64,000 nt of DNA from Candidatus Eiseniibacteriota bacterium (GTDB lineage Bacteria; Eisenbacteria; RBG-16-71-46; CAIMUX01; VGJL01). The stretch's first letter is position 1, and every line of letters starts with the position of its first letter. The DNA lies in the NCBI GenBank assembly GCA_041946735.1, contig JBHGAY010000005.1, forward strand, positions 96,001 through 160,000, in the 5' to 3' direction. Position numbers and translations under genes: made by a program. Below the pieces are notes generated by a model that had not been told where the DNA came from, searched no databases, and saw nothing but the letters and a program-made list of their open reading frames with translations. Shown here in pieces: positions 19,197-27,431 of this stretch.

Positions 19197-20030
19197 CTAG
19201 ATCAGGGTTCGCTTCCACGCGCGCGCCGGTTCGCTCGACCTCGCGCTCGTCGAGATCGAGGGAGCGCGGGCCGGCCGGGGGGCGTCGGCGGAGCCGTCGG
19301 TCCGGATCTCTTCGATCGACCGATCGGGCGCGATCCGCAGGACGAGGTCGGCGGGCTGGGAGGAGGCGAGAGCCTCCATGCGGCTGCGCGTCGACAGCAG
19401 GCACGAGAGCACCCGATTCACCGATTGATGCGCGAGGACGAGCGTCGGCGCGAACGCCAGCGCGGGTGCGGGCGCGAACGCCAGCGCGGGTACGGGTGCG
19501 AGCGCGAGCGCGGGTGCGGGCACGCGCGCGGGTGCGGGCGCGAGGGTTCGCGCCAGGGCGGGCGCGAGTTCCCCGCCCGCTGTCGTCGCCTCGGCCGCGA
19601 GATCCTGCACGAGCGAATGCAGCCGCGCGACTACGTCGGCGTAGCTTTCTCCTCCGGGCCAGCGGGCATGCCACTTGTCGCGCCGCCGCTGCTCGAGCAG
19701 CTCGGGAAAGCGCGCCTCGGCCTGAGCGACCGTGCCGCCCGAGCAGAGGCCGAAGTCCATCTCGACCAACTCTGCCCGCGTTTCCACGAGGGCGCCGGTT
19801 GCCTCGGCGACAATGCGGGCCGTCGCCTGGCAGCGTCCGAGGGGAGAGGCGAGGATCCTCGAGACGCCGCAGGTGCGCGCGAAGGCGGCGAGGCGCCGCG
19901 CCTGCTCCCAGCCAAGCGGCGTGAGCGGCGCGTCGCTCCGTCCCTGCATGCGTCCGTCCCGGTTCCAACGCGTCTCGCCATGGCGGGCCAGGTAGACCTC
20001 CCCGGCGAGGGCCGCGCTCGGCGCGTTCAT
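19197..20030 (-). CDS. Histidine phosphatase (phosphoglycerate mutase family)
   Basis: LARHGET, SPLGRC..T, LVEMDFG, PGGES, second His in VLAH; ATG 20030 overlaps the neuA stop. Confidence 0.9.
   Translation of the reverse strand: MNAPSAALAGEVYLARHGETRWNRDGRMQGRSDAPLTPLGWEQARRLAAFARTCGVSRILASPLGRCQATARIVAEATGALVETRAELVEMDFGLCSGGTVAQAEARFPELLEQRRRDKWHARWPGGESYADVVARLHSLVQDLAAEATTAGGELAPALARTLAPAPARVPAPALALAPVPALAFAPAPALAFAPTLVLAHQSVNRVLSCLLSTRSRMEALASSQPADLVLRIAPDRSIEEIRTDGSADAPRPARAPSISTSARSSEPARAWKRTLI
19447..19566 (-). repeat. Degenerate ~24-bp in-frame repeat (APAPALAF-type) inserted in the phosphatase
   Basis: Protein reads LAPALARTLAPAPARVPAPALALAPVPALAFAPAPALAFAP. Confidence 0.75.
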
Positions 20031-20809
20031 CCGGCCGTCCCGCATGCGGGAGAGCTGGAGTCCGAGGCCGCGGGGGCGGAGCGTGAGGGGGAGAGCGCGA
20101 GCGAGGCGGCCGCAGGAACGCTTCGGCCCGCCGCGCTCGCGACGCGCAAGCCCCGCCAGATCGCCTCGGCGAACTCGAAGTCCTCGACAGTGTTCACGTC
20201 GACCGCCTCGATTCGCGAGAGCCGCAGCAGCCGGCATCGGTCCGGGCTCAGGCGGCGCCCGGTGGCCAGGACCGCCTCGGTGCGGTTCGCGTAGAGGCCG
20301 GTCGTCTCGTAGACGAACGGCTCCATCTCGAAGGAGTTCGGGATCGTGCCGTCCGGGTGGTAGTACGCCGGCCTCCCGGCGCTCCACAGGTAGAGCGGCT
20401 CCGCGAAGACGCCGACGACGCTGTGCGCGAGCGGGTCTTCGAGGAGCATCTCGACGGCGCGGTCGATGCTCGTGGGCGAGAGAAACGGCGAGGTCGGCAC
20501 GACCTGCACGACGATCCGCGAGTCGGCGAAGCTCTGCGCCTGCCACAGGGCGAGGTCGTCGCCGGTGGCAAGGTTCGAGGCGAGCGAGGCGGGACGGCGC
20601 AACGCCTCCGCTCCCCACTCGCAGCCGATTCGCAGGATCTCCTCCGCTTCGCTGTCGATCACGACGCGATCGACCCTGCGCGCGGCGCGCGCGTTGGCGA
20701 TCGCGTGGCAGAAGAGGGGACGGTCCCCCAGCATCCGGAGATTCTTGCCAGGGACGCGAAGGCTCGTGCCTTTCGCATGGACGACGGCGATGACCTCGCC
20801 CGCGCTCAC
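20027..20809 (-). CDS. neuA: Acylneuraminate/ulosonate cytidylyltransferase (NeuA family)
   Basis: HAKGTSLRVPGKNLR, RPASLA, PTSPF, YETTGLY, VDVNTVEDF. Confidence 0.88.
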   Translation of the reverse strand: MSAGEVIAVVHAKGTSLRVPGKNLRMLGDRPLFCHAIANARAARRVDRVVIDSEAEEILRIGCEWGAEALRRPASLASNLATGDDLALWQAQSFADSRIVVQVVPTSPFLSPTSIDRAVEMLLEDPLAHSVVGVFAEPLYLWSAGRPAYYHPDGTIPNSFEMEPFVYETTGLYANRTEAVLATGRRLSPDRCRLLRLSRIEAVDVNTVEDFEFAEAIWRGLRVASAAGRSVPAAASLALSPSRSAPAASDSSSPACGTAG

Positions 20810-21885
20810 GCCGCCTTCCGGCGTCGCACCTCACCGGCCTCCTTCGCCTGCCTGGCTTCCTTCCCCTGCTCTGCCCCTCGCGTCGCTTGCTCCGCCGCGC
20901 GCGCGGCCTGCTCCGCCGTCTGCGCCCGCGCCGGAACCGGCGCCAGCTCGACCCCCGGCTCCCGCTTCGCCTTCGCCGTCCTGCCCGCCTCGAACCGGCT
21001 GGCGTCTCCGACGTAGCGATTGCCGTAGGTCTGCTCGACGAGGAAGCTTCGTTCGACGTTCGTCATCCCGAAATGGGTGGACAAGGCTGTCTCGGGGAGG
21101 TCTTCCCACCCTTCTCCCGGCCTGCGGCCCTCGCGATCGCGCCTCACCATCTCACGGAACTCATCGGGCTCGAGCGAGCACTCGATGTGATGGACGAAGG
21201 AATGGCGGGAGAGGCAGAAGTGGCGCTCGACGATCTTGGCTCCCTGGTCGATCGCGGCGAAGGTCGGCGCGATGCCGATCTCATGGCCGCTGTAGCCGAT
21301 CGTCACCCGCGGGCCTCCGAAGCGCCGCTCGAGGGAGAGGATGTTGCCCAGGCGCAACGATTCGGGTGGGCAAGGGTATTCCGCGACGCAGTGGAGCAGC
21401 CATACCGGGTGATGGCGGAAGATCGAGAGCGAATCTTCGATCTGGTCCAGCGTCGAGCCGCCGACCGACATCACGATGGTCCGGTCGCGCGGGATGTTGC
21501 GGGCCAGCTCCTCGAGGAAGGGACGGTTCCGCGCGTTCGACGACGCGACCTTGTAGCGCTTCAGGTCGAAGTCGAGCATGAACCGCAGGCTCGGGAGATC
21601 CTGGACCGTGCAGAACCATTCGATGCCGTGCTCCCGGCACTTCGCGTCGAAGCGGCGGAAGTCCTCTTCGCAGAACTCGAAGATCGTGCGGTAGTCGCGA
21701 TAGCTCTTGCCGTAAGGGCTCGCGAACGGGGCGTCGAGCTTCTCGCGTGAATAGAACGATTCCACGTCCTTCTTCTGCATCTTGATCGCGTCGCACCCGG
21801 CCCAGGCCGCGCGCTCGACCATCCGCTGGAGAACGTTCAGGTTCCCCATGTGGTTCGTCGTGAACTCCGCCACGAATCGGGTCAT
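20806..21885 (-). CDS. neuB: PEP-dependent ulosonate synthase (NeuB/SpsE family) without a C-terminal SAF domain
   Basis: AEFTTNHMG, KMQK, KVASS, MSVGG, LHCVAEYP, GYSGHE, ERHFCL, SLEP; AAGGAGG before ATG 21885. Confidence 0.88.
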   Translation of the reverse strand: MTRFVAEFTTNHMGNLNVLQRMVERAAWAGCDAIKMQKKDVESFYSREKLDAPFASPYGKSYRDYRTIFEFCEEDFRRFDAKCREHGIEWFCTVQDLPSLRFMLDFDLKRYKVASSNARNRPFLEELARNIPRDRTIVMSVGGSTLDQIEDSLSIFRHHPVWLLHCVAEYPCPPESLRLGNILSLERRFGGPRVTIGYSGHEIGIAPTFAAIDQGAKIVERHFCLSRHSFVHHIECSLEPDEFREMVRRDREGRRPGEGWEDLPETALSTHFGMTNVERSFLVEQTYGNRYVGDASRFEAGRTAKAKREPGVELAPVPARAQTAEQAARAAEQATRGAEQGKEARQAKEAGEVRRRKAA

Positions 21886-21909
21886 CCAATCCTCCTTGGC
21901 GCGCCGGAC

Positions 21910-21981
21910 GAGCCGGGTTCTGCGCTCGAGCCGGGTTCTGCGCTCCAGCCGGGTTCCTCGCTCGAGCCGGGTTCTTCGCTC
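21910..21981. repeat. 4 x 18-bp intergenic tandem repeat
   Basis: gagccgggttctgcgctc / gagccgggttctgcgctc / cagccgggttcctcgctc / gagccgggttcttcgctc. Confidence 0.92.
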
Positions 21982-22735
21982 ACCATCGGCCGATGCGGTC
22001 GTAGAGGGACTGCACGTCGTCGGTGCCCTCCAGAGCACGCCGCACCTCGTCCTCGCGCGCGAGGCGCTGGGAGGCGAGGTAGGCCACGCGCTCCGCGAGG
22101 TCCTGCGGAACGACGATCACGCCGTCCGGGTCACCGTAGACCAGGTCGCCCGGACGGACCGGAACCGGTCCTTCGATCCCGGACAGCGCGATCGGCTGCT
22201 GGTAGTCGACGATCTGCCAGCGCCCGAAGGCGTCGATCGGCTGGGCTCCGCGGCAGAAGACGGGGAAGCGGTCCTCCTCGAGGCGCCGCGCGTCGCGCGT
22301 CCACCCATCGACGACCGCTCCGGTCGCGCCGAACTTGCGGGCCAGCCTCCCGCTGATATCGCCGAAGTGGGCTACGGACGCGTCGCCCCCCGCGTCGATC
22401 ACCTGCACGCAGCCGGGGGTGAAGGAGCGGAACATGCGGATGCGCACGGTGTCGTCGACGTGACGCTCGTCCAAGACGCGAGCGCCGGTGCAGGTGAAGG
22501 CGGGACCGAAGAGGATCGCGCCGCGTGGCAGCGACCAGAGCGGCTTGACCGCCGCATGCACGACGAACGGCCGCGGCCAGTTGAGATCGAAGCGGAGGGC
22601 GTCGTAGATCACCCCCGCGTAGAGGCCGGCGTAAGCGTCGCGCAGATCGCTCCGTTCCAGGACATCGACCGCCGGTTTCGGTTTCGGCTGTGGCTTGGAC
22701 TCCCGCCTCGATTCCGGCTCCAGAATTGGCTCCAC
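21980..22735 (-). CDS. RraA-family / HMG-CHA aldolase-like protein
   Basis: IYDAL, GPAFT, AHFGDI, GAVVDGWTRD, FPVFCRG, VRPGDLVYGDPDGVIVVP; GGAGGAGG before GTG 22735. Confidence 0.88.
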   Translation of the reverse strand: MEPILEPESRRESKPQPKPKPAVDVLERSDLRDAYAGLYAGVIYDALRFDLNWPRPFVVHAAVKPLWSLPRGAILFGPAFTCTGARVLDERHVDDTVRIRMFRSFTPGCVQVIDAGGDASVAHFGDISGRLARKFGATGAVVDGWTRDARRLEEDRFPVFCRGAQPIDAFGRWQIVDYQQPIALSGIEGPVPVRPGDLVYGDPDGVIVVPQDLAERVAYLASQRLAREDEVRRALEGTDDVQSLYDRIGRW

Positions 22736-22781
22736 GGCATCCTCCTCCCCGCGACGCGGGTCGCTCCCGCGGCGGACCTCA

Positions 22782-22797
22782 AGCAAGAAGCCTGCCG
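22782..22797 (-). promoter_or_regulatory. Putative sigma54 (-24/-12) promoter
   Basis: Minus strand CGGCAGGCTTCTTGCT = GG-N10-GC, resembling TGGCACG-N4-TTGCW, about 47 nt upstream of the first gene of the operon. Confidence 0.5.
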
Positions 22798-22905
22798 GGG
22801 TGGGCGAGGACGCTAAGTGCCTTGAAAGCGCCCGATAAGGGTCGGCGGGGGGGTGGCCCGGTTCGGCCCGATGGGCGGAAGGACTTGCCGCGACAGCGGC
22901 CGCGG

Positions 22906-24750
22906 TTACCGCCCCGCGCCCGCCCGGGCGGGATCCGAAGCCGGCGCCTGCGCCCAGCGCGGCGGAGCGTCGGGGCGGATCGGGATCGAGTCGGGGATCA
23001 CCTCGCCGCCGATGGCTTCCTTCGCCTCGCGGAGGAGCGAGCGCACCTCTTCTCCTTCGGCCGATCGGAAGGTCGCTGCGGTCAGGCCGGACATCAGCGC
23101 GCGCTCCATCCGCTGCAACGTGCGGCGTTGCGCCTCGACCTCCTTGCGCGCCGGCCGCCGCCGGCCTCCCGGATCGCGGATCTTCTCGATCCAGGCGCGC
23201 ATCTCAGCCCTCGCCGAGTCCGGATCGAGGGGCAGGACGTCGAACCGTCCCGGCGCGCTGCGATACTCGTGATCGAACTCCTGGGACCACGCATAGCGCC
23301 AGGGACCGGGCTCCTCCGGATGGAAGCGAATCGTCCAGCGGTAATCGCCCTCGTAGCTCGCGAGCAGATCCCATCTTCGTCCGCTGGGCGACTGGAACGT
23401 CCAACGCACCTTCTGCTTCTCGGGAGCCGCGGTCCGGATCCAGGTGTCGCGCAGCTCCGCTTCGAAATCGCCGCCGAGCGGAATGGGATCGACGGCGGCG
23501 AGGATGCGCGCCTGCAAGCGGCGCGCTCCGGCGCAATCCCACAGCGGCTCGCGATGCCAGGCGGTGGCCCTGGCGCTGGTGGCGGTGGCGGCGAGGTCGG
23601 CCGCCATCGTTTCGCCACCTGCCGTCCGTATCTCGACGGTCGCGCGCGGCGAGCCGGGGTCGGGAAGCCACGTGCAGGCGATGCGCGCCGCGCCCGCCGC
23701 GAGATCGAGTTCCGGCAGGGCGAGCACGCGTCCCGGTTCCAGCCGCACCGCCTGCTCGATGCGAGCCACCTCGCCGGGCGCCTCCCATTCCAGCTCGAGT
23801 CGCGGGCGCCGGGCCACGTTGCGAGAGTCCCCCTCGTTGGCCGAATAGAGGGTGACGACACTGCCCGGCGTGTCTTCCTCGACGTCCCCGACCTTCAACA
23901 GGAAGAGGAGCGGACGGCCGGCCGCGATCCGGCGCGTTGCGCAGGACGCGAGCCCGGCGGAGTCGAAGATGACCCGCGAAGCGCCGGGGACGTACACCGC
24001 GTCCGCGAGCGGCATCGCGCCGGTGTCGGCCTGCCGATCGGTGTCAGAGGCGTAGCCCGCGCCGGGAAGGGCCCAGGCCTCCTCGCCGAAGGCGGCGTCG
24101 TTCCACCACACCTCGCCGGGGCGTGGGGGGCTCACGTTGTCTCCGAGCGTCCCGCCGCCGCCCGTTCGATAGTCCCTCTTCATCTCATAGAGAACGAGGC
24201 GCACGCTGTCGGCCGGGCCGCTCTCGACGCCGATCGTGAGCGTCCCGCGCGTTACGATCGCCCCCGGCGGCAGCTCGATCCCCTCCCAGCGCTGCACGAC
24301 GCGGAACAGCTCGTACTCCCCGTACGCTTCGCTCCCGTCGCGGCGCCCGACCCGCACGTGCACCTGTCGCGCCTGGTTCCACGCATGCTTGTACGTTCCG
24401 TCGAGGAACCCTCGCAGATCGTTGTCTTCCATCCCGGAATAGGTAGGGCCGTCGACGAATGTGAAAACGTGGCGCTGCGAGAGGACGCTCCTCGCGCCGC
24501 CTCGGGCGTCGCCGGCTCCGCCGGCGAAAGCGGAGACGCGAAGCGTCCCGGAGAAGGGGGCGGACAGCGCCACGTCGGAGCGAAACGGTTCGATCTCCAT
24601 CCGGCGAAGCAGGCGGCGGCCGGCGAGGAAGGCGCCGCCGGCGAGCGCGAGCGCAAGCGCGAGAAGCGCGAGGGCGAGAAGCGGGCGACGGATGGGGAGC
24701 AAGCGGTTTCGGCCCGGTCTGCCGCCGGGCGCGCGAGCCGTGACGGACAA
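22906..24750 (-). CDS. Membrane-anchored protein with a DNRLRE-like domain and a DUF5060-like domain
   Basis: N-terminal TM; LPPGAIVTRGTLTI...W..PGA...YSANE...RPRLELEW; then FQSPSG...YEGD..WTIRFHPEEPGPWRY; TTG start after GAGGAGG (inferred). Confidence 0.65.
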   Translation of the reverse strand: MSVTARAPGGRPGRNRLLPIRRPLLALALLALALALAGGAFLAGRRLLRRMEIEPFRSDVALSAPFSGTLRVSAFAGGAGDARGGARSVLSQRHVFTFVDGPTYSGMEDNDLRGFLDGTYKHAWNQARQVHVRVGRRDGSEAYGEYELFRVVQRWEGIELPPGAIVTRGTLTIGVESGPADSVRLVLYEMKRDYRTGGGGTLGDNVSPPRPGEVWWNDAAFGEEAWALPGAGYASDTDRQADTGAMPLADAVYVPGASRVIFDSAGLASCATRRIAAGRPLLFLLKVGDVEEDTPGSVVTLYSANEGDSRNVARRPRLELEWEAPGEVARIEQAVRLEPGRVLALPELDLAAGAARIACTWLPDPGSPRATVEIRTAGGETMAADLAATATSARATAWHREPLWDCAGARRLQARILAAVDPIPLGGDFEAELRDTWIRTAAPEKQKVRWTFQSPSGRRWDLLASYEGDYRWTIRFHPEEPGPWRYAWSQEFDHEYRSAPGRFDVLPLDPDSARAEMRAWIEKIRDPGGRRRPARKEVEAQRRTLQRMERALMSGLTAATFRSAEGEEVRSLLREAKEAIGGEVIPDSIPIRPDAPPRWAQAPASDPARAGAGR

Positions 24751-25034
24751 GTGCCCCTCCTCTTCCGTTCCCTTCGTGCGATCGCGTCCCTTCGTGCGAT
24801 CGCGCGTCTCTGTCGATCGCTTGGTCGCCAGGGTAGGCGAAAGGCGGCTCGGAGGCGATGCCGATCGTGCATGCGATCGGTCCATGGACGGCTGCCGCTC
24901 CCGGCCGGATTCCCGATCAGACGTTCCGCGTCGCCAGCGAGATGGCGATGGGTCTATGCTCACAGGCCGCGGATTCGGAGGGACCAAGGCTTCGCTGCGA
25001 CCGGCCGCTTTCGCCGACAGGGGAGGCGGCTATC

Positions 25035-25826
25035 ATGAGTCAACCCTCAGGTTCCGGTGCCGGCAGATTCCTGCTGAGCGGCCGGGTCGCGCTCGTTACC
25101 GGTGGAAACGGGGGGCTGGGACGCGCGATAGCGCTCGGACTCCGCGAAGCCGGGGCCTCGGTGGCTGTCACCGGCCGCGATCCCGCGAAGAACGCGGCGA
25201 TCGCTGCCGAGCTCGGCGGCGCGTCGCGAGCTTTCGCTGTCGACGTTCGCGATGAGGAAGCGGTTTCCCAGATGATCGGAGGCGTCGTCGAGCAGCTGGG
25301 GCGCCTGGACATCCTCGTATGCTGCGCGGGAGATTTCGCAGGAGGGCCAGCCCTCGATCTCTCCCTTGCCGACTGGGAGCGAGTGCTCGGGTCCCATCTG
25401 ACAGGGACGTTTCTTTGCGCAAAGCACGCCGCCCGCGAGATGGCGAAGGGCGGGGAGGGGGGGAAGATCGTGGCGATCGGCTCGATGTACTCCCTGTTCG
25501 GACCTCCCCGATACGCCAACTATGCCGCCGCCAAATCCGGCATTCTCGGTCTCACGCGCGCACTCGCGGTCGAACTGGCCATGCACCGGATCCAGGTAAA
25601 CGCGATCCTGCCTGGCTGGTTCGAGACCGCGCTCACAGGAACCTCGCGCCATACCGAATGGGGCGAGCGGATCCGGCGAAAGACCCCGGCGGCGAGGTGG
25701 GGCGAGCCCGAGGACCTTGTCGGGGCGGCGATCTTCCTCAGCTCGCGCGCGTCTGACTTCGTGACTGGAGTCGCGCTGCCCGTCGACGGCGGTTACGCGG
25801 TCGCCGATCGCCTCCTGCCGGAGTAG
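25035..25826 (+). CDS. SDR oxidoreductase (KduD/gluconate 5-dehydrogenase-like)
   Basis: TGGNGGLG, IGSM, YAAAK, VNAILPGW, VDGG; GGAGG before ATG 25035. Confidence 0.9.
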   Translation: MSQPSGSGAGRFLLSGRVALVTGGNGGLGRAIALGLREAGASVAVTGRDPAKNAAIAAELGGASRAFAVDVRDEEAVSQMIGGVVEQLGRLDILVCCAGDFAGGPALDLSLADWERVLGSHLTGTFLCAKHAAREMAKGGEGGKIVAIGSMYSLFGPPRYANYAAAKSGILGLTRALAVELAMHRIQVNAILPGWFETALTGTSRHTEWGERIRRKTPAARWGEPEDLVGAAIFLSSRASDFVTGVALPVDGGYAVADRLLPE

Positions 25827-25950
25827 GTCCGTTACGCGGGCCGCTTCCTGGACCGCCGCGCCGCGCGCCCCGGCGAAGAGTCGCATTCACTCAGGCCTCC
25901 CGGCCGGCGTGCGCGCCGTCGATGACCGATGACCCTTCTCCCCGCCGACG

Positions 25951-26525
25951 CTACGGCGATTCGGCCGCGAGCATCGCCCGGACGCCCGCCGCCTCGCTCG
26001 AGCGGCCACTTCCTTCGAGGAAGGCGATCGCGTGGGAGAAGGTCCGGCCTTCCAGGTCGACCGGGATCGAGGAAGGTCGGGCGAGCAGGATCTTCTTCCC
26101 CTGCTCCCATAGCCGGACCGCCTCCCCCGCCTGCTCCGTGCCCGCGGGACCTGTGAGGCAGCATGCGAGGTGGACCCGGGCGACGGCGCCGAGCCGCTCT
26201 TGATCCAGCCCGGCCCTCGCCGATTCCTCCAAGCATCGACGGAGGGCGGGGACGCCCTCGTCCTTCCGCCCCTCCTCGTCAAGGAGCATGCCGAGATCGA
26301 GAAGCGCGCGTGCGTTCTCGCGCGAGTCGGGAACCGCGGCCGTCTCGAGAGCGGCGTGCGATTCCGCGAGGAGCGATTCCGCTTCGGGGAACCGGCCTTC
26401 CCGCCGCCGCAGGTCTGCGAGAGCGCGTAGCAGGACACCGACGAGCACATCGTCCCGGCTGCCGATGAGGCGGGCCCGAGCATGGCTGGCGGCGAGGAGG
26501 CTCTCCGCCGGCGCGAAGCGCGCGC
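25951..26525 (-). pseudogene. C-terminal TPR remnant, probably of a Ser/Thr kinase-TPR gene
   Basis: ARFAPAESLLAASH / GRFPEAESLLAESH / ALLDLGMLL..EGR TPR-like units with no start codon or kinase domain. Confidence 0.65.
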
Positions 26526-26749
26526 TCGAGACGGAGATACGCCTCATGGACGAGCGCGGTCGGCTGAAGGGTCTGCCCGGGACCTTCGCGGCGAAGTATG
26601 TGGGCCGCCAGCTCGCGAAGCTCGCCATAGACCTGCTCGAAGAGCTTCTCCTGGATCGAAGGATCTCTCTGCTCGGGAAGCAGCGCGAAGATCGTCTGGG
26701 TGATGTCGCAGCGTTGCGGCTGCATGAGCGGCTTGCCCCCCGATTGCAT
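26526..26749 (-). pseudogene. Truncated ECF sigma factor (TIGR02999/ECF43-like), region 2 only
   Basis: DITQ...LFEQVYGELRELAA..LRRE.PGQTLQPTALVHEAYLRL, then similarity stops; no region 4. Confidence 0.8.
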
Positions 26750-26983
26750 GAAGCTCTCGCGGCCGAGTTACGGTTCGACGCTGCATGTGCGACGCAGAGG
26801 ATGGTGTGAAAACGGGGCAGTCTAGCACGGAATCGGAGGGCGTCCGAGCGAAACAAGTGTGTGGTGTGTGGGAGGGGGAAAGTCCGCGGTGGAGCAACAC
26901 CGGAACATGCGTCGGCTTGACGAAGACTCCGCGAAGGGCCGGGCTCGCGCTCGTAGCGCGTGGCGGCCCGCCCCATCCTCATC

Positions 26984-27211
26984 TCATGGGCGCCGGATGA
27001 CCGACGGGCCGTTTCTCGCCACTACCCTGCCCCTCTTGTCGAAGGTAGGACTCTCGGTGTATGTCCCCGTCTCAATGGAGATCGTCGTCCCGTGTCCGGC
27101 CGCGTCGATCCCCTCCTGGACCGTGTCGAAGGGGTGCGACAGGGAGCCATCCTCGTCTCCGGAATTGTTCCAGTCCACGTAGACGGTTCGAAGCGGGCGG
27201 CACCGGATCAT
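26984..27211 (-). pseudogene. Isolated DUF1565-like module (beta-helix cap), probably a fragment of a larger secreted protein
   Basis: VYVDW...GDEDGS..HPFDTVQEGIDAA..GTTISIETGTYTE; only 75 aa, no signal peptide, in-frame stop shortly upstream. Confidence 0.55.
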
Positions 27212-27431
27212 CCCCCGGCCATGGGTGGCTGGGACAGCGACGCGACCGGCGCCCCGCCGCGCTCACGTAGAGCCGTTCGGGGCCAGGCGAGAGACGTGTC
27301 TTTCGCCGCCCTGTCGCCTGCATGCGGGGGACCGATGCGAAGAATGGAGGCTTGGGCGATCGCGGCAATCGCCCTTTTCCTCGAAGCCAGGCGTCGAGGA
27401 CCGGGTTACAATCCCTTTCCCGGAGGTGACG

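Noticed and set aside
21910..21981. Possible CRISPR array (also 40981-41088 and 59130-59222)
   Set aside because: Head-to-tail repeats with no unique spacers and no cas genes.
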